From Camelus ferus (lineage: Eukaryota): DNA of 64,000 nt. How positions within the stretch are numbered: the first letter of the stretch is position 1; every line of letters starts with the position of its first letter. A model generated the notes under the pieces. The model did not search any database. It worked only from the letters and a program-made list of their open reading frames with translations, and was not told the origin of the DNA. A program made the translations under genes and the position numbers. Below are positions 23,721-36,040 of this stretch, piece after piece. The DNA lies in contig NC_045697.1 in the NCBI RefSeq assembly GCF_009834535.1, positions 2,854,001 through 2,918,000 of the forward strand, in the 5' to 3' direction.

Positions 23721-24679
23721 CGAAAAGACTGAGCCTGGCTGGTCTAGGAAACCCGGGTGATGGTTATTCTTGGGCGTGGGTAGCGGGGGAGAGGGCGCAG
23801 GCCTCGCCCTCCCACCAGTCCCTGTGCCAGCCAAGTTCATGTCCGAGTTCCGGTGACCTCGGCTACTCCTCCCCCCTCGTAGAAATGGGCAAGTCCAGAC
23901 CATCCCAGCTCTTCCTCCCCAGCCTGCCTCCTTTCCCTCCCTGCCCCCACCTCCAAGCCTCCTCAGCCTGGGAGCCCTCAGGGCAGACCTGGCCCGGTCC
24001 ACATCGGTGGTAGGGGTGGGTGTCACCCCTAAATGGCTCCCCCCCCCCACTGGGGACAGACCTGCAGGAAGCGCCCCTCCCCCGTTGTCCCTAGTCTTTA
24101 GAGCCTGGAGGATGTGCTCCCCCAGGCTCCGGACAGGTCTGTCCCGTTCCAGCCCCAGTTCTCAGTGCTCTGTGACCATGGGAGGTGCGTTATGGCCCTG
24201 TGCCTCAGTTTTCCTCCCCACAAAAGGGGAATGAGGCACTCGGCTGCCTCACAGGGCTGTCGGGAGAATCCCAGGGGGTGGGCGGTGGAGTAATGTTCAC
24301 AAGTACTTCATGCTTGGCACGCAGTCAGCCTGCAGGAGCACCATTCTCCTGGTTATTCTTCACACACTCACTGAAGGGCCATTTCAGACCCAGGGCCCTG
24401 CCCTGAGGGGCCCAGAGCCTGGTGACCATGATGTCACCTGTATGACAAAGACTGAGGGGGTCTGAGGATAGGGCAGAACCCTCCTTTGGAGGTGAGCCTC
24501 AAGAGTGTGTAGGGTTTGGCTACATGGTAATGGGCCTGGGGGCTGGCAGAGGACAGGCCCGGAGCCAGTCCCACCCTGGGCGAGGCTCTGGAAGCAAAGG
24601 CAAGTCAGAGAGACGCCCATTCTGTGGAGACAGCCCTCGGGTACGAAGCCTGGAGCCGGGGGTCTCGCCCTCTCTGTCA

Positions 24680-25230
24680 GGCCCTTTGGCCACCTTGTTA
24701 AGTCTGGGGAGCCCTTCTCAGAATGGTGTTTTTTAAATGCATAAAACAAACTGCACAGCATTACTAGGGGAAGCAATGCTATTGAGAAGGAGAAGCTGGG
24801 CTGGGCTAACAAGATAACTCGTAAATCTAAGTGTAACAAGTATCGGTTTACTGATCTGAGTTCTGCTGGGCTAACTCGTAAATCTGAAGTTTAGTGTCAG
24901 TTTACTGGGCCAACAAGCTAACTCGTAAATCCAAGCTCAACACGTGTCGGTACCGTGATCTGTTCCTAATAGATAAGCTCCAGTGTACTGATCCTTGCTT
25001 TTTGTTGTTCGAGCTAATAGCCCCATATTTGTAATTAACCCTATAAAACCCTGTAAAACCCCATGCACACATCTTGGAGGTGCTCAGAGCTTCGGAGCAG
25101 AAGCCCCTCTGAGCCCGCCGGCGTAATACATCTGAGTGCTCCAACCCTCCAAGTGGTGCTTGTTTCTTGCTGGCCTGTCATTTCCATAACACTATTATTA
25201 ATATGCTTATTAAATATAAAAACCTACAAA
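24680..25230. mobile_element. Old hAT/Charlie-like DNA transposon relic interrupted by the solo LTR
   Basis: CCCTTCTCAGAATGGTGTTTTTTAAATGCATAAAACAAA... resembles Charlie-family MER sequence; AT-rich sequence resumes after the LTR. Family uncertain. Confidence 0.45.
24783..25191 (+). mobile_element. ERV1/gammaretrovirus-type solo LTR, 409 bp
   Basis: Starts TG, ends CA; CTAT direct repeats at 24779-24782 and 25192-25195; U3 repeats TAACTCGTAAATC x3; TATAAAA at 25042-25048; polyA-like AATACA at 25125-25130. Confidence 0.85.
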
Positions 25231-28200
25231 TAAATCCATGGTATGTATGTGGCTTCTTTGTGAACCCCTTAAATAAGAAGATCTGGCCGGCAGTGGATAC
25301 CTGGCCAGATTTCCAAGAGAGCACAAGGGGGTCTGGAGGCACCAGCAGCTGCTGCGGGGTGATGCAGAAATGTCCACGCTTTCTCTTGGTGACAGGGTCA
25401 CAGGTGCACATGGCTTGGGCCTACATCAGCACGGAAAGACATACTTGGCTTCAGCGGGAGAGGTTGATGAAAATGAAGATTCCTTTTCAGCCAAATTTTC
25501 AGACACCCAGCTTAGGAACCTCTGGCTCAGAGGAGGGAGGCGGAGCTGGTTAGGGGGGTGGGAGGCTAGGGGAGTGAGGAGGGAGTGTGTCCGGTCCCTG
25601 AGGTCCCTGAGGTTCCTGAGGTCCCCAAGGTCCCTGGCATCCTTGAAGGACTGGGCACTGCCGAGGGGGTCTGAGCGTGGCCCTGCAGACTAGTGCTTTG
25701 GAGGAAGGGGCTCAGGTGGTGGACAGAGGGGGATCTGGGGGCCCAGAGAGGCAGTGGCTGTGAGTGTAGGGTTGAAGGTCTACAAGGGGACGGGCATTAG
25801 GAGGCTGCGGCTTCCCTTCTAAGAGGTCCTTTGACAAAGGGAAGAGGACATGCCCTTCTGCCCCCAAAACGGGAAATGCATTTTGCTTTGAAGACGTGGA
25901 GAATTTCAGGTGTTTCCTTGGAATAACCCAGAATGTCAGGGGTTGGAGTCCCAAGGGCTGGGCCTCCTCAAACCCTGGCCAGGGCTCGTAGTTTGTCCCT
26001 CCTCTAGGGAGGGCTCAGGCCTGAGGGGCAGAGGGAGTGCCGCAGACCCAGGACATCCTGGGGGCAGCACAATCCAGAGCAGTCTCCTTGGGAGGGGTCC
26101 ACAGGGTACCATGGATGCCCAGCCCTGCGGGCATCACTCTTCCTGCCCAGATTCTTCAAAAGCTCATTTATTCTAAGTCTTTTGTCTGGGGGGCGGGGAG
26201 GGAATGAGTTTTGAGAGGTCCCTGGGCTGGCAACTGCTGCAGACCAGAGCTCACACTGCCCTCTACAGTTTGTAAGAGACAACACCTGCTGCTTCTTGGG
26301 TCCTGCGGCCACCCAGGTGCTCTGCGTCTGTGATCTGATTGAATATTCACGGCCATCCTGGGAGATGGGTATTAACAATCCTTGAAGGAGGCTCTGGGGT
26401 CTGGAACCCAGTCCAGGCTCTTCCCTCGGGACCACACTGCCCCCAGCGATCACCTGATTTGACCTTTACAACCATCTTGCAAAGGGGATATTTATGCCCC
26501 TTGTGCAGATAGGGAAACTGAGGCCCAAAGTGAAAGGACCCATCGTAGCATCCATTCTCCTCTCTGAAACTGGGGTGCTGCCCCCTGAGGTCGCTTTTGT
26601 TTTGGCCTGAAATGGGCAGGCCCTGCTCGCAGAGGCTGCAGGGAGCATGGCTGGCCTGAGGCCCAGAGTGCTCTGTTGGCTAAGGGAATTCATTTCCAGA
26701 TGTCGGGGCAGCTGTTGGGGAGACGGTGGGAGCAGCGCCCCCTGCTGCTCCCGCTGGGTCCTGCCTCAGGCTCAGCAAACCCGGAGCCTTCAGGAGTTTC
26801 CCGCCTCTCCAGGAGCCCCTTCCCCAGAATCTGAGTCTCTCCCAGAGCCCTGCTGCTCCTGTGGGTGAGCATTCCTGAAGGCCTGGGATGCTCCCAGCTG
26901 GTGCTTCGAGGAAGGTGGAGGTTCCTCCTACAGTCAGGGAGCACGGGGGGCGGGAGGCTTGTCTGTCAGTGGCGTCCAGGTTTCCAGATCCCGCTGGCAT
27001 GTTCAGGCACCATGTCAGGCCCTCTCTCCTGTAGCATCACAGTCCATTCAACAGATGCTGGGAGGCCTGTTTTATCCGCAGAAAGTAATCATTCATTCAT
27101 TTGTATTTACTCCCCATTGCCCCTCAATACTTAAGGTGCTTTACAAACAAGAACAAGATAAAAAGAAAGGAAGAGAAATCAAGTAAAGCAGAGAAGAGCG
27201 GTAGAGAAGGAATGCGAAGCCAGAGGCGGAGCAAGTGTGCAAATTCTTGTCATGAGATGCGACGTTTTAGTGCCTGTAAATCTGGCTCCAGGCTTCCTGG
27301 CAGCCAAGGCAAAGAGGAAAGTGTGATGCCCAAGTGACAAAAACAAGCTATGACTTCAAAGCAGCCTAACTTCTCACTTCTAAGAGGAAGGAGGTGTCCT
27401 CCAGGGAGCCTCAGAAAGGATGCTGCCTGTGGGAAGTCCTGACAACCCCCACACACAGCGGGTCCTGTGGCCCCCCAGGAAATCACTCTCAGTGGGAACG
27501 AGGGCCAAGCCAGCCCAGAGATCCTGCCAGAAGCTCCATTCATCAGCAGGTGGGATGTGAACTGGGCCCTGGGGAGCAGGGGAGCTCTGCACAGGTGCCC
27601 AGGTGGGCAGAACATCCTAGAAGCTAATTCAGGAGCAGAGGCGTGTGACACTGGAGTTGATGAGAACTGGCCTCACTCACCGGTGAGAATGCCTCCCCCA
27701 CACCGGTCCCCCCCGATGTGACACCTTATACCGCAGGGGAGGAGCTCCGTGAGCCTTTGCTCAGTGCCTGGACTTGGGTCAGCCCATGTGACTGGTGGCA
27801 TACAACACAGCAGGGTGAGGAGGTTCCAGAAGAGGGGAGAGGGGTGTGAGGACTGAGGGTCATCAGAGCCGTGTCAACGAGGGCCCCAGGTGCTATGCTT
27901 TGGGATCCTCTCATAAAACAGCCCAGGGGCCCGAGGACGGTATCCCAGTAGCCCGGGGCCCGCGGGCCTGTGGGGCCGCCCAGCACATCCAGGAGGGTGC
28001 GGGAGCACGGGGGGTTGATTCCCTACCACCGGGCAGAGCAGCGGTGGGTGGAGGGCAGTGGTGCTCCCTGCAGACTCCGCCTCGTTTGTGAGCGCAGGAG
28101 AATCGCCCTCTGGGAAGCACCCCAACATTCTTGGGCAAAGGGGATACTTTCTGTGGGGCTCAAGACTGCATGTGCAGGTAGGGGGTTTTGCTAGAGAAAG

Positions 28201-30139
28201 TGACCTTGCCCCTGGTTGCAATCAGAGTGTGGTCACCATCTGGGTCATGCCAGATGCGACCCAGATGTTAGCCCCAAGAGGGATCGTGTCTCATTTCCCC
28301 CGCGCTGGCTGCGCTGGGCGTCAGCCGGTGTTACTTACACTGACTGGAATGGAGCAGAGTCCGTCCAGGCGGGCCCTCAGCTGGACCACGTCTGCAGCCT
28401 CCCCGGGGCACTCGCATCCCATGTCTCCATCTCTGCACGGAGCCGGATGGACAGCTGGCCCTTGGTCCCCAGGTCGTGCCTTCCAAGCTCTGGGCGGGCT
28501 CTGCCCTTTGACCCAGCTTTGTCTAGGGCTTCTCGTTTGATGAGGTCATATCTTATGTCACTTCGGGGACTTCGAAGACCATCCCGGCCACACCTCGGCC
28601 TGCAGTAAGACTCATCAGCCCGCACTAGTGGGTGACTCAGAGGGTGGGCCCCTGCTCAGGGTGGGTGGGGAGGGGATCGGTGTGGGTGGGACACACTGCC
28701 TTCAGCTCCTCCCCTCCGTCGGCCCTCACCACACTTGGAGGAAGCGAGTCCCTTGAGAGGAGACTTCCCTCCCTACCCCTGGCCCCTGGCCTCGCGGGGG
28801 AGAGGGAGAGGTACAGGACAGCCCAGGGAGCACTCAGGGCTGGTTGGGGGCCCTGTGGAATAGGTGCTGTTGTGGTCCCCATTTTGCAGGCAAGGCAGCC
28901 AAGGCACAGAGAGGTGGAGTAACTTGCCCAAAGGCACACAGCCTGCTTGAAACAGCAAGATTTGGACCCAGGCTATCTGGCTCCAGAGCACGTGCCCATG
29001 GCCAGTCCACACACTGTCTCAGGCCAGCTATACTGGGGCAGCGTGCACAGGGGAGGCTGGGACAGAGGGAAGCCTGGGGGCTGGGCGGGAGCCAGGGGAA
29101 GGAGGGCGTTCCCCGAGTGGGCTCTGAATGCTGGGGAGGAGTTTGCTGGATACAGCAGGAAGACGGGGAGCCCAAGGAAAAGGCGCAGGGATGCCAAGGG
29201 GGCCAGCTGGGCTGAGGAAGGCAGGCCTTCTCTCCAGGGCGGTGGGGACCCCAGAGGAGGTCAGGCTGCAGCACATTCTGCTCTGGCTGCGTGAAGGCCT
29301 CGGCTGGTGGTGTGCACCGGCAGGCGGTGTGCAGAATGTGGGAGACCCGGTGGGGGTCCTGCAGGGGTGCAGGCGCAAGGCGGCGCCTTGGCCCCAAGTC
29401 GTTGGCAGGTAAGGGGCAGAAAGCCCGGCTCCAACTGGCTTCAGCAAAAGGGGGCTCATCAGCGCCTGGTAGGTCCAGGCTGCGCTGCCTGATCCAGGAA
29501 GCCCCGGTGTCCTCCGGCCTGTCTGGGCCGTGCTCCTCATGGTGCTGGTTTCGTTCTTGGGCTCTTGGGATTGCGTGACGGCTGTCAGCAGCACCAGACC
29601 CACATCCTCTAAGGGGCCCAGCAAAAGTCTAAGTGTATCTTATTGGCTCTGATGGTTCTCACGTCCACCTCTGACCCAGTCACAAAGGCAGCAGAGTCGG
29701 GAGCTCCCTGCAGTCCAGCTCTGATCACCTCCTGCTGGGCTCAGCATTTTCCAGCCGACGACAGTCCCAGGTGTCAGGAAGGAATGTCTCGGAGACTGAG
29801 CTGAAAGAAGCTGCCCCGTGGCTGAGACCAGCAGGGCTGGGCCTTCCCTTCCCAGGCCCCCTGGCGAGGCCAGCCAGCTCTGCCCGCACATCCTGGTGAA
29901 GGCAGTCCTTCCCTTGGTTAGACTGTTCCTCCTTCAGCTGAGCTAAATGCTGCTCCTGTAACTCCCACCTTTGGACTTGCTAGACCCCAGGAGGCTGTGT
30001 TGTCTACAAAAGAAGGCTGCAGATGTCAGAGGCTGGCCCTCACATGTTTTTTCTGTATGTGACTTGGGTCTCGGTTTTCTATCTGTCTGGAGAATGAGAA
30101 GGAAACGTCCTCCTGGGATTCCTAAGCGCCAAAGGGGGC

Positions 30140-30640
30140 GGTAGGGAGATTTGTAAGACGGCTCCCTAGATTCCTGCCCCCTGGTGTACAGTCGCTTCAT
30201 AATTCCCTTCCCCGTGAATTTCGGTGGGCCTGACCTAATCAGGCAAGCCCTTAAGAGGGACTGGGCCCTTCCTGAAGTCAGAGGCTCAAAGTGTACAGAT
30301 ATTGGAAATGTGAGGGACTCGTGGAGGGGACCACAAGGTAAGTATCTGGGGGTGGCCTCTAGGAGCTGAGAACCCCCAGCTGATTGCCCACAAGATAACG
30401 GGGACCTCAGTCCTACAACCACAAGGAAATTAATTCTGCCAACAACCTGAAGGACCTGGAGACATCTCCCCAACTGAGCCACCAGTCAGGGATGCGGCCA
30501 GCAGCCATGTGAGACCCTGAGCGAGGACCAGCTAAAACGTGCTGGCTCTTGCCCCACGGAGACCAGGAGATGATGAACGGGCACTGTTTCAAGCCACTAG
30601 GTTTGTGGGGATTTGTTCTGCAGCACAGAAAATGAATACA
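30140..30640 (+). mobile_element. MaLR LTR (MLT1-type)
   Basis: GGCCTCTAGGAGCTGAG...CTCAGTCCTACAACCACAAGGAAATTAATTCTGCCAACAACCTGA...TTTCAAGCCACTAGGTTTGTGGGGATTTGTT...GAATACA. Confidence 0.8.
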
Positions 30641-32619
30641 GGAGGGGAGGGCTGAACACGCACGTGGCTGACATAGAGCGGGCAGAGGGAGCAAGTTGCG
30701 GAAGCAGCTGGAGGGGTCGGGGGACAATGGCCTGGAGAAGGAGGCACCCCACTGCACCTTGGGGCCGAGTCCCAGCCCTGGGAGACAGCCACTCTTCAGT
30801 CCCGCCTGCCTGCCCAGCTTTGCCCTTTCTTGGAGAGTTTCTTTAAGTTCCAGGAAAAACACCAGTTAACCCATCTCCTGAGAGCAGAACACAGAGCTGG
30901 GAGACGGTAAGTGGCCTTCCCAAGGCCCCGAAGCCATTAGGTGATGGACCCGGGATTAGAAAATAGTTGGGTCTGACCCCAAAGCTCATGCTCTTTCCCC
31001 AGCACCATGCTTCTGTTCTACATCCATTTTATAGAAGGAAAAACTGAGACCCAGGAGGGAGGTGGGTTGCTAAGATGCCAGGCCAGCTGACAACAAAAGG
31101 GCACGCGGACTCAGCCTCTACTGTGTGTCGGCAGACGCCACTGGTGTCTAATACTCGCCACATCCTCCGAAGGAGGATGCCCTCCAGTTGACATGCCCAT
31201 TTCACAGATGAAGGCAGCAGGGCACAGAGAGGTTCAGTAACTTGCCCAAGGTCACACAGCGAGCAGGAAGCTCCAGAATGGGGATTGGAACCCAGGCATC
31301 ATGCTTCTCCTACAAAAGCTGGTTTGGACCAGCTGACACTGAGGCTTAGTGAGGGAAATCAGACACAAGATAGGAAGGGCAGACGTCTTAAAGGGGCCTC
31401 AGCTGATTGAAATGATGAAATCAGGGCCTCCAGGCCAGGAGGGCTTGGTCCTTTTCCCGTCTTTTAAGATAACAGTCCTCAACTGTGACTGTCTGCAGCC
31501 CAAGCCCTTCTTGGAAAACACCCCACCCCACCCCACCCCTGCCCTGACAGGAGTGGGACGTGGACCTCCGTCTGGACCAGGGCGGCCTCTGCATCCTGGG
31601 AGGGCGCGCCCTGTCCATCCCAGCCGGCAAGGCAGCCCTCCCCAGGCTTGCCCGCTCACCCCCCGCTGATGGTGCTGCTGTCCTGGGGGCTGCTCCTCGG
31701 GCCCTTCTGAGGAGCTGCCAGCCTTTCAGCACCCCCGGCCCTTCTCCATCCTCGCCAGAGCTGGGGGCAAGTCGATGCCCAGAAAGTCACTCTGGCTACC
31801 CAGGGGGTCAGGAATGGGTAGGCTTGGTGGGAGTGATGGGTGGGGACCCGACACCCTCTCCCCTCGCTCCCAGGGCCAAGCATCTCATCAGGACCACTGA
31901 GCTGTGTCCACATGGTCCCAGCAGCCTGCCAGACTGAAGATGAGCCAGGTAGGAGGCCGCCTGCTGGCCCTTGGGGGTGCCCCTCCCTGCTTTAGTGCTG
32001 CTAATGGGACGCAAGTACTCCTGGAACACCCCCGCAGTGGTCCTAATGTCAAGCCCACCCCCACCTGCCCTGTGCCCAGGCGTGGTTTTACCCTCGCTGG
32101 GGGGAATCTCCTACCGCCCCATGTTACAGTCTCAGAGAGGTGGTGACTGTCCAAGGTCACACAGCCAGGGACAGGGCAGACCCTGGTGCTGACCAGCAGG
32201 CCACACGCTGGGCCCTGGTTTGGGGAGTGGCCTGTCGGAGGCTGAGGTCACACAGTCACAAAGATGAGATGCTCCCGGGGAGAGGGAGCCCTGCAAGAGG
32301 CTGGGGCCCCACCGAGCACCCTCCTGATGGGCTGGCACTCCTTCAGGGAGGGGAGCCCCTCTCACACCCCCACCGGGGCAGCCCGCACTCCTAGGACTGG
32401 CCGGCCTTCACAGCCCCCGCCCTCCTGCGGGGCTGGGCTCCCCCGTGGCTCCCTTGGCCCCTCGGCCTGGACCCAGGGCAGACCCCCTGCCCCCACCCCG
32501 TGCCAGTATAAGTTCTGGAGCCTTTTTTGGTGCCTTTCTAGAAACATTCCCATTTTTTCCAATCAACTGGAGCCTGGTTTCCTGTCCTTGATCAAGAAAT
32601 CTCAGGTGGGTCTGAACCC

Positions 32620-33030
32620 AGTGCCTTTCAAGGGTGAGCCCTGATTGGCTGAGCTCATCAGCCTATCCTGCCCCCTCCCCCATGATTGGTTCAGGGGTGG
32701 GTCCTTTAACCAATGAGAGCCAATCCACATAAGAAGCTTCACTGGTACTGTCAGGAAGAAATGTTTTTTTCTGCCCAGACAGACTCTTTCCCTCAGTGAG
32801 GGAACCAGGAAAAGTGTGACTGGCAGCATCTGGTGACCTTGAGGGGAGAGGCTGCCTTGTAATGCAGCCACCTGAGAAGTGGAACTGAGAAAAGTAGAGA
32901 AAGCAAGCTGGTCTCAAGCTGGATCATGCCATGCCTGAAGCTGTTGTTTCTAAGCTGTCAGTCGGTTGAACCAGTAAATCCTCCATAACGCTGAAGTCAG
33001 CTTGTTTTGCGTTTCCTGTGGTTACCTTCC
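32620..33030 (+). mobile_element. Old MaLR LTR relic (MLT1J/K-like)
   Basis: CCCTGATTGGCTGAGC...GCTGGATCATGCCATGCCTGAAGCT...GAACCAGTAAATCCTCC. Confidence 0.45.
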
Positions 33031-34094
33031 ACTGAGATTGTTGTACAGGGGCTGTGCCCAGGCAGACTTTGACAATAAACATAGATTCACAAGGAGAATT
33101 CAGCCAACTGGTGGGAGTTATGCACCTACCATTTACAGAGTGCCTACCGTGTGCTGGGCGCTTTTAATGCCACCACAGGTTTCCCTTTTTGCAGGTGAGA
33201 CCCAGAGATCACCAAGACTCACCCAAGGCTAGGATTTGAACTCGGGTCTGTGTGACTACAGAGCCTGTGCCCCCAGGCAGTCCCTCCTCAGGTGCTGTGT
33301 GTGTGCTGGAGCCAGAGCCTGGCCACACTGGACATCCAGCACCTGTGTGGACCCCACCCTGCCCAGCCAGCCTGGCGAGCCCACTGGCACTCCCTGGGCA
33401 GCACATGTCCGGGGAGCATCTGGTTGTCTCTGGCATCCCTGCGGGAGGCCTGGGCGTGGCCGATGCTGGTGCTCTGGGAGGAAGCATGTAGTACAACCGT
33501 GGGCCAGCTCCACGACGCAGCTGGCTCCAAACCCAGTGCTTAGGTTCTGCCATGTCCTGCTGTGTGCCTGTGTTGGTGTCCTGTCTCCTCTCTGACCCTC
33601 GGTCTACTCTCCTTTAAAATGGGCACACTGGGCTCTTGCTCTCTTGTTAACTACATCTCTCTCAGCTGCTGCCAGGTGACCAGCTGACCGGGTGGTACAG
33701 AACCAGGACCCCTTCCCCCCCCCACCTCTCAGCCTGAATGCCACGTCCTCCAAGCCCCTTAGAACTAGAAGCACCCCACACCTCCCACCCCTGTGGACAA
33801 TGATCTCTAGCTGAAGCCCATGACCCCCCACCTATCTGTCATCTCTCTGACTTTCATCCACCCCCCGGCCCCATCCCGCCTCAGCCCTTCCTCCCGAGCC
33901 CTGATGTCAGTCCCCACCCCACCGCGTGACTCTGCGTGGATGGCACATCCGGTGTCCTGTTCCCAGGACTCCTCATGGCAGGGACTTCCTCCTCCATCCC
34001 TCCTTGGTCCTGACTCCACAGTCTGGTTCCTGTATCACCAGCAACTGCTCCACCTTTGAAATCTCAGTTTCTAACAATCTCCCTTGGTTTTAAA

Positions 34095-35400
34095 AATACA
34101 GCCGCTCTTTTGGGATATAACTCACATGCCATACAATTCACCCTGTTTGGAGTACAATTCAGTGGGTTTTTTTTTTTTCAAGTATATTCAGATATGTACA
34201 ACCCTTTACAATTCATTTTAGGACATTTTCATCACCCTAAAAAGAACCCCTGTACCCATTAGTTCTCACCATTCTTCCTTCGCTCAGCCCCTGGCAAGCA
34301 CCAGTCTATTTCCTGTCTCTGTGGATTTGCCTGTTCTGGACATCTCATGCAAATGGAACCATACAACTCGTGGCCCTTCTGTGTGGCTTCCTTCACATAG
34401 CATATCGTTTTCAAGTTTCATCCACGTTTTGGCACGTATCAATGCTTCATTTCTTTTTATGGCTGAGTAACATGGGCCACATATTATTTATCTTTTGATA
34501 ATCCATTGTCATCCATTAATGGTCATTTGGGTTGTTTCCATTTTGGGGTTAATATGAATCTTCTGTCTGTGAATATTCATGTACACATTTTGCGTGGACA
34601 CACATTTACTTGGGTACATACCTGGGAGTTGAATTGCCGAGTCACGTGGGAATTCTATGTGTAACCATTTGAGGAACTGCCAGCCAGTTTTCCAAAGTGA
34701 CCGAGCCGTTTCACATTCCCAGCAGCAGGCGTGAGGCTCCGATCTCTCCACTTCCTTGTTATTTTGGTATTTGTTAAAATACTTGTTATTTTCTGTCTTT
34801 TAAAAATTTAGTATAGTTATTCTATTAGACACAAGGTGGTCTCACTCTGGTTTGCTTTTGCATTTCCCTGAGGTTGAGCATATTTCCATGTGCGTATTGG
34901 CCATTTGAATATTTGCTTTGGAGAAATGTCTGTTCAGATCCTTTGCCTGTGGTAAAATTGGGTTCTACGCCCTTTTTTATTACTGAGTTGTGAGAGTTCT
35001 TTATACATTCTGGATAAAATCCCCCTTATCAAATACGTGATGTGCCAACATTTCCGCCAGCTCTGTGAGCCGCCTTCCCCTGGCGTCCTCGGAAGCACGA
35101 ACGGGTAATTTTGATGGAGCCCACCTGGTCCATCTGTCCGTCTGTTGCTTGTGCTTTTGGTGACACATCTAGGAAATCTTTGCCTCCCCCAGGTCACAGT
35201 GGTTTAGTCCTGTGTTTTCTTCTAAGAGTTTCACAGCTTCGGCTCTTACCTTCAGGTCTGCGATCCATTCCACACTGGATTTTGTATCTGGCGCTAAGTG
35301 GGGCTCCAGCTTCCTTCATTTTCATGTGGAACGAGTGCTCCCAACAGCGTCTGTCTAAAAGCCTATTCTCTCCCCACTGAGTGGTCTTGGCGTCCACTCG
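34095..35400 (-). mobile_element. Old L1 (L1M-type) 3' end plus ORF2 fragment
   Basis: ATACAATTCACCC...GGATTTGCCTGTTCTGGACATCTC...GAGGAACTGCCAGCCAGTTTTCCAAAGT...TTTGGAGAAATGTCTGTTCAGATCCTTTGCC. Confidence 0.8.
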
Positions 35401-35599
35401 CCTCGCCTCCTCCGGCCGACAACACTTTGGCCGTCGCCTGCCCCGCTCACGTGCCGCTCGACTGCGGTTCTGAGTCCCTGGCCGCCTGGAGCTGACCGGC
35501 GACCTGCCGCGCTCCCTGCTGCCGGTCGTCAGGGGCCCTCCTCTGCCTTCCTGGGGCGGCTCAGACCTTAGTGTCCGCTCCTCAGGGTGCCCTGGCCAC

Positions 35600-36040
35600 T
35601 CCCTCTCTCTCCTCCTCTCTCTCCCCATCTCGGTCTCTCTCTCTCCCCATCTCGGTCTCTCTCTCTCTCTCTCTCCAGATGGACTTCCTGGCAGCTTTGA
35701 AGGGGGCTGCGCTGGCTCCTCGGGCCCCCCCCCCCCCCCCCCCTGCTGCTCACCTGCCCTGCCGCCCCTCCCCTCACCCCTGCCAGGGCCCCTCTCTCCC
35801 GGCACACATCCCTCAGGGACGCCACGTGCTCCGGTGTTTTTCTAACTTCTTATTTTGAGATAATTATAGACTTGGACAAAAGGTGCAGACTAGCCCAAGG
35901 AATGCCGTCTGCCTGCTCCCGACTCCCCAGTGTGGACATTTTGTTGCACCAGTCTTATCTCTGTCTCTCTGACTCCCTGTCTCTGTCTCTCTCTGTCTCT
36001 CTGTCTCTCTCTGCCTCTGTCTCTCTCTCCCACACACACA
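35600..36040. repeat. CT-rich simple repeats and a poly-C run
   Basis: (CT)n at about 35600-35676 and 35957-36030; poly-C at 35724-35743. Confidence 0.85.

Noticed and set aside
22833..24013. 259-aa and 339-aa + strand ORFs across HTRA3 exon 1
   Set aside because: CpG-island artefacts with low-complexity R/A/P/G composition, antisense to a real exon.
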